64,000 bases of DNA, from the NCBI RefSeq assembly GCF_963921235.1, contig NC_086106.1, positions 20,460,001 through 20,524,000 of the forward strand. The letters are read 5' to 3'. The DNA is from Mobula hypostoma. Its lineage: Eukaryota. Shown here piece by piece: positions 23,490 to 34,697 of the stretch (the first letter of the stretch is position 1; the number at the start of each line of letters is the position of its first letter). The notes under the pieces are model-generated. The model did not search any database. It saw only the letters and a list, made by a program, of their open reading frames with translations, and was not told the origin of the DNA. The position numbers and the translations under genes are program-made.

Positions 23490-23968
23490 CTTAAATCCGT
23501 CAATGAATCTACAGATATCGCCTGTACCATAGATACATCCTGGGACAGACCTCACGCTGACCATTACATGATGGAGCTGACACCCACCTGTAGCTTGGGC
23601 TGTGGGAGGCAGTATAACAGAACTGAGTATGGGCCAGCATTGACAAAGAAACGCAAGAAGATGTTGACTGCAACATGAATGTAAGGAAGGCCAAGCTAAT
23701 GACTGGGGACAAGGGAAACCGCACATAAAAGCCAGGACAAACAGGCTACGGGACAACTTCTTCCACCAGGACACCAAACTGCTTAATTCATGCTGACGCA
23801 AATGTATTTCTATGTTATATCGACTATCCTGTTGTATATAATATTAATTATAAATTATTATAATTGCACATTGCACACTTCAACGGAGACTTAACATAAA
23901 CATTTACTCCTCATGTATATGAAGGATGTAAGTAGTAAAGTTAATTTATTCAAATTCAGTTCAATTCA
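23490..23968 (+). mobile_element. LINE 3' end with (TTCAA)n tail abutting J (cluster B)
   Basis: Longer version of the element at 3632-3742. 5' boundary approximate. Confidence 0.65.
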
Positions 23969-24048
23969 AGATACCGTCAAGCGTGGTCCCTCCTTGTAGG
24001 CAAGATATTCACACTGCTCCATCTCCCCATTCCCCTGATGCAGTAACT
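23968..24048 (-). pseudogene. IGHJ: IgH J pseudo-segment with RSS23 (cluster B)
   Basis: Coding 23968-24009 is AATATCTTGCCTACAAGGAGGGACCACGCTTGACGGTATCTT (frameshifted). RSS cacactg(24010-16)-23-gcagtaact(24040-48). Confidence 0.75.
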
Positions 24049-24369
24049 TCACTTGTCCGCCGCATCCACTAATCTCAGAAAAGTGTCAACATGATCCCCG
24101 ACCGGAAGCAGCTACTTCCTGGAATTTTATCTGAAATTCCTAGCCTGTTCCTTCCTGGCCTGTGAATAAAAGTATTTTCACAGTATTCCTATCTGCGGAC
24201 ACCGGTTCCCGCCATTCCGCAGAATTAGACTTGAAGCCATTTGGGCTTATAATTGCCAAGAACATTTGCCTTAACAGTCTAAGTCAGCATTTAGGGATTT
24301 GACTCTGGGAGGCAGCAATGCGGAATTCGCGGAGATAGACTGCGGTGCAGACTCCCATTTGTCGGGACC

Positions 24370-24433
24370 AGTTTTCGTCCAGCTCCCCATCACCCTGGTG
24401 CACATCACGTTGCTTCACTGCAGGTCATAATTC
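24370..24433 (-). other. IGHD: IgH D segment (24398-24405) with degenerate 12/12 RSSs (cluster B)
   Basis: agttttcgt-12-caccctg | gtgcacat | cacgttg-12-tcataattc; homologous to 10205-10268. Confidence 0.7.
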
Positions 24434-24765
24434 GACTTCGTCATATCCAGCCCCAAAACTAGAGGATTGCCGAACCACGCCCCTCCCCACCCCCAGCAGA
24501 TTTATTAAACCCACCCTCAGGGTCTTGACGTCCCACACAGGGGGTCTGAATCTCAGCTATTCCAGTCCTGAAGTGGAGATGATATAACCAACCGGACCTT
24601 TCTCTGGGCTTCAGCTGACAGTTCCTTCTCTGTAGTTCCGTTCGCGTCGAAACTCATTTCTAGTGGAACATGTACCCATTCCCGGATTATGCACTCGTGG
24701 TCTGATTTATATCCATGGATGCCAGGGTAATGGCCGGCAGAAGCGAACGAAGAGCGTGATTAGAA

Positions 24766-24831
24766 ATGTTTTGTTGTAATAGATATGGAGGACAGCCAAC
24801 TCTAACACTGATGCAAGCCAAAATATAGCCG
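24766..24831 (-). other. Degenerate D1 slot (cluster B)
   Basis: atgttttgt, 29 nt, aacactg, 12 nt, atatagccg. Confidence 0.3.
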
Positions 24832-25225
24832 TAGGGATAAACCGATGTACGATACTTTCGCCCCTTTCACTGCCTCTCAGCATTGTCACTCCTCAGCCAA
24901 ACTGCACTGCAACACCAAAGCGTCTCTGATCATTAATGTCTCTCAAAGCCCAACCACTTACTGTCACGTGTAGACGAAGGACCGACAACTGACAATGTGG
25001 ATCGGTGAGCCCATTCCCACTCATGGCGCTTGGCTTCTTGCTGCCGTCCGAAGTGATCCGCTGCGCCCCTCGGCCCATCCATCCAGCATCCCTTTTGGGG
25101 AACCCACTCTAAGAACCCGCCTTCCATTGCGTGGACGAGCGGATGTAGCCCAGAAGGGCCGGATTACGTCTGTGGCGATCACTGCTGCCCTGTCCTCAGC
25201 GCCCTCAGGGTAGGCGCTCTCGCTG

Positions 25226-25278
25226 GGTTTTTGTCCCGGTCTAGTCCCGGTCTCTCTGACTGTGTCTCTCGCACAGTA
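25226..25278 (-). pseudogene. IGHV: VH remnant (YCAR only) with RSS23 (cluster B copy 1)
   Basis: Minus strand TACTGTGCGAGAGA-CACAGTC-23-ACAAAAACC; the rest of V is missing. Confidence 0.88.
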
Positions 25279-25565
25279 AAAAAAACATAAATAATTAAAC
25301 ACTAATATTCAATTATGCCAGGAAATAAGTTCAGGACCAGCCTATTGGTTCAGGGTGTCTGACCCTCCAAGGGAGGAGTTGTAATGTTTGATGGCCACAG
25401 GCAGGAATGACTTCCTATGACGCTCTGTGTTGCATCTCGGTGGAATGAGTCTCTGGCTGAATGTACTCCTGTGCCCATCCTGTGCATTACGTAGAAGATG
25501 GGAGACATTGTCCAAGATGGCCTGCAACTTGGACAGCATCCTCTTTTCAGACACCACCGTCAGAG
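25279..25565 (-). mobile_element. Rex1/Babar-like LINE 3' fragment replacing V body
   Basis: ORF 25342-25557 ...RSTFSQRLIPPRCNTERHRKSFLPVAIKHYNSS, a typical Rex-type RT C-terminus. Confidence 0.7.
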
Positions 25566-25569
25566 AGTG

Positions 25570-25752
25570 CTGGCGGCGGCGGTGGAGACGGAAACAATAG
25601 GGTGCTTTAAGAGAGCCGTGGATAGGTACACGGAGCTTAGAAAACTAGAGGGCTATGGGTAAGCCTAGGTATTTCAAGTGTAAGGACATGTTCGGCACAG
25701 CTTTGTGGCCCGAAGAGCCTGTATTATGCTGTAGGTTTTCTGTGTTTCTATG
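25570..25752 (+). mobile_element. CR1 3' end fragment
   Basis: tttaagagagccgtggataggtac...gttcggcacagctttgtggcccgaagagcctgtattatgctgtaggttttctgtgtttctatg. Confidence 0.7.
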
Positions 25753-25774
25753 AAAGGCAGAAAACCCTGTCGAG

Positions 25775-26125
25775 AACGAATGAGAGGTACCAGTCAGTGG
25801 ACAGGGTTAGCCCAGAAATACAAGGTCTCAGAAACACCAGCCAATGGACAAATATCATCCTGTGAGACCGGACGTGTGAGACACCAATTAGCGGACAGCG
25901 ATTTCCTTGTGAGACAGGAACGGCGATACTCGTCAATGGTCTGGTTCCCCTTAGATACAGCGACTGACTGTCTAATCAGTGGACAGATATCCCCCGAGAG
26001 TCAGAGACTGAGCGACATCAGTTAGTGGACAGATATCTCTCTGAGTGACAGGGACTGAACACACATTTCACTGGGCAGCTATCCTCCTTAGGGACACGGA
26101 TCGACAGACACCGGACAGTGCACGG
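25775..26125. repeat. V-upstream minisatellite (cluster B)
   Basis: Homologous to 18232-18545. Confidence 0.6.
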
Positions 26126-29100
26126 AAATGTAATAAGTTACAAAAAGAGTTGCTCTACAGTTTTCTATCTGCACCCACAGCACGAAAATCGATATAAAGC
26201 ACAGATTACTACGTGGAAATGGATGTAATATTTTCTGATAGCAAATGATCTTTATCAGAGAACTGACAACATGAATTTCAGCGCCAATTCCTGGGCACGT
26301 CCCCCCTCAACATTGTTAGAAGTCTGTTTGACCTGTTTCAGGCGGTGGAAGGAACAGAACCATCGATGCAGGGAGCTCAGGTGCAGAAACCATTAGCAGG
26401 AGAAGTAGTTGTGGCTTATACAGTACACTCCTCAGCAGGTTAGCAGGCAAGTACTGCTGTATCGGTCATTATAAATGGAAAGTCACCGGGGAGGGAATCC
26501 AAGGTACAGATCATTAGGGTGTGTTTTGTTTGCCCACATTTGTGATGGCAGTACTGCGTGTCCCAAACCTTGCACCTTTACTCAAATATAAACCGCGCTG
26601 ATAGAATTACTAATCAAACCTAAGCTCACCCCTACCCAGGTATATTTCAGTCATTAAGCAGGTTTCATTTCTGGTCAAATCAGTACAGTATCCGCAGATA
26701 ATGAAGTACTTTCTGAAGTGAAGTCAGTGTTGTGACTGAAGGAAGGTGGGCTCCAAATTACATATAACAACCTCTCTGAAATATCAATGGCGTTTAAAGA
26801 GATGAGGCATTCTCTGATGCTGTGTAACGGATCAATGATGGGACAGACAGTGGAGAACATTCCAAACCACTTATGTCCACCCGAGACGACCGCCCCATAA
26901 TGGCAGTAATCAAAATAGCGAACGTCAAAAGGACCACATCATTGTCGTAAGGGTTGGAGGCTTGCCTGCTTCAGTGACTCGGAGATCTATGTTGGCAGGT
27001 GCTTGAACATTGTAATTCGTTTTTTGGTAGGGTTACCAATGACAAGCAGCTCAGAGGTTAGAGCCCAGAATAAGAGTGGTCCATTGATCTTCCAGGATCG
27101 GGTGTTATGCACAATGTTACGAACACTGACTGCACAACAAATGTTCTTTAAAGCTTAATAAAACTTATATCTGTGTGTGACGGCATTTCGGAATCTCCAA
27201 CCTGGATTTGCAAGACGGACAGGAATGAAAACTGAGAAGAGGCTACAGTCACTATGAAGGAAACCCTGAACATGGTCATGATCAAGAGCAAAATTGTTTT
27301 TCGAAATGTTTGAACTATGTCTGGCTAAACTGTCATCATTCCACCCTCGAGCCGCCGTGGGAGCAGAAATGTACGAACCGTAGCTGCGGCATATTAGAGA
27401 AGATGGCCAAAAAGTGATACACTTCACCTCAATAGCAAAAGTGTTTCAGCCATTTATCGTAGTCTTCCGACCTGAATTTTGCGGCAGAAGTGCAATGTCA
27501 CACGCTTGCACGGATTAATCTCCAATTTCTCGGCCTAATAATTGTCAATGTCCTGCTGTGTCAATTTGACAGACCTTTTCGTTTTTCATAGGTCGGCAGT
27601 ACATCTGTTGTCGGAAAACCTAATCAGCCACCTTATATTCTTCTCCAAAGATTTACGTATAGCAGAAGTAGTTGAGATCCCAGCGCCGTTCCTGGCAGAT
27701 TGGCAATAGCCATATTTCTCCTACATCTCAGCACTCTGCCTTAAATAGCCAAGGCAATTTAACATCCTGTCGATCAAGTCTCTATGGATCCTGTGCCATA
27801 TTCTGCTGGGACAGATTACCACCAGGGATTTTGTCTGATTTATTATTGTACATGCAGATGGTGTCCACTACTCCTTTTATAAGACATGGTCTCCTCTGCA
27901 TAAAACAGTTCTGACATATAGGGCACCAGCTTTAATGACTCACATTAATAGTGGGATAAGATGTATCATTTTTATATAATGCCAACAAACACTATCGGTG
28001 CCAACTTGATTCGATCAGTGCTGTGAACTTTCGCCGATCCTGTGATTGCTTTTCTAGAGAATAAAACTATTTGGGTGGCAGAGCCATGCAGCTTGTAGCA
28101 TTGTTAACTTAGAGCTCCAACAACCGGCTTTCGTTCATGACGTCGGGTATAGTCCATGTGTACAGTTTTCAGTTGTCTTTGTGTCCTCCTGCGGTCCTGC
28201 CAGGTTATTAGGTATCCATCAATAAGCCAAATTCTTTTTTTCAGGTAGACGTTTAATTAAACACTGTAATTTAACAACTTTGGTGATGGAAGTTATGATA
28301 ATTTGCAGGGATTGTGTGAAATATAGAGGGAGGTCGAAGAATATGGTGACATATGTTTCCCTGGGTATCCAAGGTCTTCTCTTGTAACAGTTCGTAAATT
28401 AGCATTTTTCATAACATACCACCAATTACCAGCATATAGGTGAAAACTAACCGTCCATAGAAGAGGCCGGAATGTTCAAGGGTGAATATTTTCGTTTCTT
28501 AATAGGCCGGTATCAATATGTTCAAATCCGCAGCAAAGTCAAACGGGGTCAAAATGGGTGGAAACAACGGTTAGGATTTTGTGAGCAAAGTGTAATAAAT
28601 TGCAGAAGTTCATGGGGGTGCGGATAGCAATCGGTATACATGCGATTATCGAGTTGTCGCCATGCTAGGACCAATGTTGGCAAGCAGCGTAGAGTCACAA
28701 ATGATGACACGGCAGCTGATATTTGAACGTGCTCATGTTTACAGAGGGTCATTTAGAAGTTATAATTGAGCCATCGACTATGAGGGTGCAGTCTTAAAGG
28801 AAGCTAAAGATCTTAAACGCATGGGTGATTCATGCTGGAGTTGCCAGGAGTGAAGAATAGATTTCACCTGTTGCCTGGAGTGGAGGGCTTTAGATAGCAA
28901 TCGGATCCGCTTCCACAACATCTGCTGTAGTTCCGGGAAGGCTTTGAAGCCTCGCATTTTTTAATTTCTCATGTCTTATCTTTGGTATTCTCTATTTTTT
29001 CTGAGACACTGACTATCGTCCCTATCATTCTCTCTGATATTATGTATTTCACTTGGTCGGCTTTAGAGCTAAAGATCATGCAATGCTTGCTTGTCTAAAC

Positions 29101-29144
29101 ACCCCTGGTATATCATATAAGTCATTTCAGATCACATCGAAACA

Positions 29145-30779
29145 TAGACAGAGAAGTATGGAAAACCTACAGCACAATACAGGCCCTTCGGCTCAGAATG
29201 CTGTGCCACACATGTACGCACTTTAGAAATTACCTAGGATTACCCATAGCACTCTAATTTTCGAAGCTCCATGTACCTATCCAGGAGTTTCTTAAAAGAC
29301 CCTATCGTATCTGCATTCACCACCGTTGCCAGCGGCCCATTCCAAGTACTCTCCACTCTCTGCGTAAAAAGCGTAGCCTGGACATTTCCTCTGTACCTGC
29401 TTCCAAGCACCTCAAAAACTGTGCCCTCTCCTATTAGCCATTCCAGCCCTGGGAAAAATCCTCTGACTACCCATAGGATAAATGCCTCTCCCCATCTTTT
29501 ACACCTGAATTAGGTCACCTCTGATACTACACAGCTCCATGGAGAAAAGACCGAGTTCACTCAACCTATTCCCATAAAGCATTCTCCCCAATCCAGGCAA
29601 CATCCTTGTAAATCTGTTCTGCAATCTTTAGAGCTTCCACATCCTTTCTGTAGTGAAGCAACCAGACCTGAGCGCAGTACTGCAAGTCGGGTCTGACCAG
29701 TGTCCCTACCAGCTGTAACATTACCTCTCGGCTGTTAAACACAATCCCCACGGTTAATGAAGGCAAATGCACTGTATGCCTTCTTAACCACAAAGTCAAC
29801 CTGCACAGCAGTTTTGCTCGTCCTAAGATCCCTCTGATTCTCAATACTGCCAATAGCCTTACCAATAATATTTTATTATGCCATCATATTTGACCTACCA
29901 AAATGTACCAACTCACGCACATCTGGGTTGAACTCTATCTGGCACTTCTCAGCCCAGTTTTGCATTCTATCGATGTCTCGCTGTAACCTCTGACAGCCCT
30001 CCAAACTATTCACAACACCCCGAACAGTCGTGTCATCAGAAAATTTACTAACCTATCCCTTCACTTCCTCACCCTGGTCATTTATGAAAATCAAGAAGAG
30101 AAGGAATCCCAGAACAGATCCCCGAGGCACACCACTGGTCACCGACCTCCAGACAGAATGTTACCTGTCTACAACCACTATTTGACTACTGTGGGCAAGC
30201 CAAATGTGGATTCACTAAAAAGTGTTCCCAAAGATCCGATGCATCCTTGCATTGTCAAAAAAACCTTACATGGGGTACCTTATCAAATGACTTGCTGAAA
30301 TCTATAAACACGACCTCGACTGATCTACCTTCATCAATGTGTTTAGTCACATCCTCAGAAAATTCAGTCAGGCTCGTAAGGTACGACGTGCCTTTGACAA
30401 AGCCATACTGACTATTCCTAATCATCTTATGCCTCTCCAAATGTTCATAATCCCTGCCTCTCAGGATCTTCTCCATCAACCTACCAACCACTGAAGTAAG
30501 ACTCACTGTTCTATAATTTCCTGGGCTATCTCTACTCCTTTTCTTGAATAAGGGAACAGTATCAGCAACCCCATTGACGATGCAAAGATTATTGCCAGAG
30601 GCTCAGCAATCTCTTCCCTCGCCTCCCACAGTAGCCTGGGGTAAATCACAGCCAGTCCCTAACTTGATGCTTTCCAAAAGCTCCAGCAGATTCTCTTTCT
30701 TTATATCTATATGCTAAAGCTTTTCAATCCGTTGTACGTCTTTTCCGTAGTGAATACTGAAACAAAGTATTCATTAAGT
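29145..30779 (-). mobile_element. CR1 LINE, 5'-truncated, decayed
   Basis: ORFs 29566-29865 (LVRPDLQYCAQVW) and 30255-30506 (DFSKSFDKVPH). gaaacatag-type tail at about 29145. Confidence 0.85.
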
Positions 30780-31489
30780 GACCCACTTCTTTGACATATG
30801 CAAGACCTCGCCTCTTTCCTAAAATGACGAGAACTGCTCCCAATACCCAAAATGCTGCGCCAAGAGCAATCCACCGGTCTTCTAAGTACGGTGCCGGGAG
30901 TTCAGCTCAAGGCCAGCAGCCCTGACATGTGTGAAGATAAGAAAGTGACCCCTATATAAAGTGACGCACTGGAGAAGCACTTGCTGCGTTGGGAATGGCC
31001 CCGTGATGTTTTGTTGTTTGAGAAGTGAACGAAAAGCAAGTTGGTTACATCAAAATATATTCGGTAACATAAAGCTGGATAAAGTTTAGTTGCAAAAAAT
31101 CAGACTTAGAGGTTTCGTTGAAAGGGCATTGATGTGGGCCAGTAACTCTGTTTCTCAAACCACATATGTTCCCTGAGCTGGTCAGAGTTGGCAGTGCAGA
31201 AGGTAGAATAACGCAAGTCGGGCAGATTTGCAGCCGAAGACATCCTACATCCTGGGAACAACAGGCGGTGACTACAGTTTTGTCTGGATCAGTTGTCCTC
31301 CTCTACTTTACAGAAAAAAAACACCGATAAAACTGACAGCAGAGAGCTGGGCTGAAGTGGGGAGCTGGAGCTGCGTGTGTCAGATTCGAAGAATCTTGCA
31401 ACGGAATAACATTAAGGTATTTGTACAAAATAATCGAGGGTGAATCACCAGACCGGAAGAGATTCTGTCTGATTGTTATCTGTATTGTA

Positions 31490-32598
31490 TTAAGAATCTA
31501 GACCTGTGTATTTACATAAGATATCGCGTAGTGGATCGATGCTTGACTTGAGACACCTTGCTGCAAAGACCAATATGTCGAGGAGGCTCATCACTGAAGC
31601 ACTGTTTGCTGATGACTGTACCCTCATGGCCCACCGGGAGAACCAGCTGCAGAAGATTGTCGACAAATTCTCCGCAGCCTCAAAACTGTTCGGCCTGCGA
31701 ATGAGCCTCGGTAAGATAGAAGTTCTCCTACAAACTGCAGTAAACTGTAACCCTCCTCAGCCATGCATCCCCATCGACGGCACTGCCCTGAAGAACGTGG
31801 AGAGCTTCAAGTATCCAGGAAGCACCGTCTCCAGTGACGGATCGCTTGACAAAGAGATCACAGCAAGGATCCAGAAAGCAGCCAGGCACTCGGAAACTCT
31901 GAAGCACTCGGGAATAGTTCTGGAGCAGAAGGATATTCAACTTTCAACCAACCTCAAGGCGTATAAGGCTGTAGTCCGCACCTCTCTCCTGCACGGCTGA
32001 AAAACCTGGACCCTCTACCGCAGGCACATCAAACGGTTGAAACAGTTTCACATGCGCTCTCTGCGGTCGATAATGAGGATTCGATGGCAGGACCGAATCA
32101 CCAACCAGGAAGTCCTTGACAGAGTCAACAGTACAGGCATTGAGGCGATGATCCTCCAGGCCCAGCTATACTGGACTGGCCATCTAATCTGCATGGGTGA
32201 AACAAGAATCCCCAGGCAGCTGCTCTACGGTGAGTTTGAGTATGGCAGTCGCAACCAAGGCCGCTCCCAAAAAACGATTCAAAGACAATCTGAAATCGTA
32301 AATCAAATGGGCAGACCTCCAGCCTCGACAACTGGAGGAGTCCGCAACCGACAGGGCTGCGTGGCGCGCCCTGACCAAAAAGCGTCATCTGACTTTGAGA
32401 ATGACCGAAATCAGCGCCTTGCAGCAGCACGAGACCGACGCCACAAAGCTGTGTATGCACCTGTTCTAACAACCGCCAATTCATGTCCAACCTGCAACCG
32501 CATGTGTGCTTCGGCTTCGTCCTCCGCAGCCACATGCGTATCCACAGATGACTTCACAATGTTGAGTCTTCCTCGGACCCAGAAAAATAACCACCAAT
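31490..32598 (+). mobile_element. RTE-clade LINE fragment, copy 2
   Basis: Duplicate of 1099-2207 (ORFs 31506-32000, 32037-32606). Confidence 0.85.
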
Positions 32599-33359
32599 TA
32601 ACTTGACAGAACTTCTGGTGGCTTGAAGAATAGATGGGGAATTTTAGTTATTCATCTTTTGGGCTCTGGGCTGTGCCGGTAAAGTCAGAGTGAATGTACG
32701 GGGTCTTTCTTTTGTCACATTTAAAATGGCGATTTTGTTATGTTAGTCTGGGGAATGCGGCTTTGTTGTGCTTTAACGCTGAAGAGAGTTTGCGCTAGCA
32801 GTTTGTTTTAATTTAAGATGAGATAGCAGGGTTCTATTAGCCAACGGGTGGTTATGTATCGTTTTGTTTTCGGATACCATGCTGTATGATATGGCTGTGG
32901 ACTGGGTTTTGGCGGGGAGTCGGAGGAGAGACGAGGAGGACCGCGTACGTGTGGAGAGGCTCCGGTCGATCACTCAGGGTGGTCCCGAGCCGTGAGTCGA
33001 CGGAATTTGGGTGCTCGTCTGAAGTCGAATTGAGCTCCAACGTAGCGCCCGAAGAACTTGGACTTTGATAAGTGTTGGCGCCTTTCTTTTTTTTCATTAC
33101 TTTCCTCTCTGTATCAAATGTATATTAATGTCATAGAATTAGTAATATCTATAAAGTTTATTTGTTAAAATTTACTGGGTGTGCTGGCTGATGATTGATG
33201 TTTGTGATTGATTCCGGCTGCAACCGACTCTGTGGGGAGTGTTGAGGCGGGTGCTGGGCTGGATTTCCTCTAAACATACACGAGCAATTATAACTGAACG
33301 TTACAAGTGGGGGCTACCGTCCTGGATTTGGACTTTTCCGGAAAGTTGCACTTGTCGTT

Positions 33360-34640
33360 GTGGTAAGTGGTGTGAAGATGGATCGAGATAAGATTGTAAG
33401 TTGGTGTGAATTGGAGGAGGTACCGGTGAATCATGCATGTGTGGTAAGCGGGGTCGATTATCGCATTCCGGCAGAGGTACTGGTGCGAGGGTTGAGTTTG
33501 ATTAGAGGTATCGGGCAGGTAGAACTTGTAGCTAGAAGGGGTGGGAAAGAACTGGAGGCTAGCTGGATGTTGGTGCGGACGAGTGCCGACGTCATGACTT
33601 TGGAACTACCAGCGACGGTCCATGCTCCGGGGAAGGCGGGGCCGTGGGGTCTCCACACTCTCCCCGAGGACGCAAGTCAGGAGGTGCCAGAGGAGGAGCT
33701 TGATGAGGCCCCAATGGAGGTGCCAGTAGCCAGGGGTGGAGGTGTGGAGTGGCAAGGTTTGGCCAGGCCCGGCCCCCATGGGCGGTATGAGACTGCCGAG
33801 TTAACGGCTGCTATTACCTCCCTGGCGAGAAGGGTTGAGGGGCACCGCCCGAAGCTGAGAATTTTCTCGGGAGCCAAGCCCACCCCGGAAGGGGAGGATG
33901 ACTATGATACCTGGGTTGAAGATACATCCCAATTGTTAGAGGTGTGGCCAGTTTCGGATGACGAAAAGAGACAGCGATTGGTGAAAAGTTTAAGGGGCGG
34001 GGCGGCCCGGGTGGTCCGCGATCTGAGAGCGGCACCCTCTCTTGGTTTCCCTATCGGAGTGTTTGGAGGAAGTGTTTGAACTGTCAAGGGATCCCTGGCG
34101 GCATTTAGCGGAGTTTCAACGGATGGGGCAGAGAAGAGGGGAAAAGCTCTCAGACTATGCTTTCAGGCTGGAAGGAAAGCTTACTGGGTTGCTGCGACGA
34201 GGGGTAGTGAAGGAGGACGAAGTGGCGGAGTTAAGGATGAGCCAGATATGTAGCCGTCCCGGGAGGATGACAGTGGCTTGGAGTGTACGGCAGTCATTTA
34301 AGCAGAGCCCCCTCCATCATTCGGACAGCTGATCCGAGAGGTACGGGCCGAGGAGTGTGCTTTGGGCCGACCAGGGGGCTCGGACCCTCTGGGACGGTCT
34401 TCAGCAGTTCAGGAGGTGGTAGCCGGGGTGAGACCAGAGAAAACCAAGGGGTCTCCGTGGGGCCGTATCGGGAGGAGAGTGGCGGCGAGTAGTGGGTGCT
34501 ATAATGTGGGAGAGAGGGGCATTTCCGCCGGGAATGTGAGTGGCCGGGGGCGTGCTACCGCTGTGGGGAAGCTGGACACTTGCGGAAGGATTGTGAGAGA
34601 CGAGATGCGCCGAGGGGGGAGGGCCCCCGGGCCACTAAGA
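33360..34640 (+). pseudogene. gag: Gypsy gag (PNMA-like), frameshifted after about 34050
   Basis: RPKLRIFSGAKPTPEGEDDYDTWVEDTSQLLEVWPVSDDEKRQRLVKSLRGGA. Confidence 0.8.
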
Positions 34641-34697
34641 AGGGAGAGGTGTTGGGAAACTTAGGAGAGGCTCAGTGAGGGAACGGACTGGAGTCTC

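Larger units (their letters stand above)
1..30390. repeat. Segmental duplication super-unit, copy 1 (IgH clusters A + B plus TEs)
   Basis: Position 1 (gccttggacaaagccatactgac) matches 30391 (gcctttgacaaagccatactgac). Colinear homology continues to the V remnant at 25278, which matches about 63997. 25279-30390 has no counterpart because the window ends. Confidence 0.9.

Noticed and set aside
23704-23715. Plus-strand TGGGGACAAGGG (WGQG) resembling a J motif
   Set aside because: Lies inside the LINE 3' region, on the wrong strand, with no RSS or LTV-type ending.
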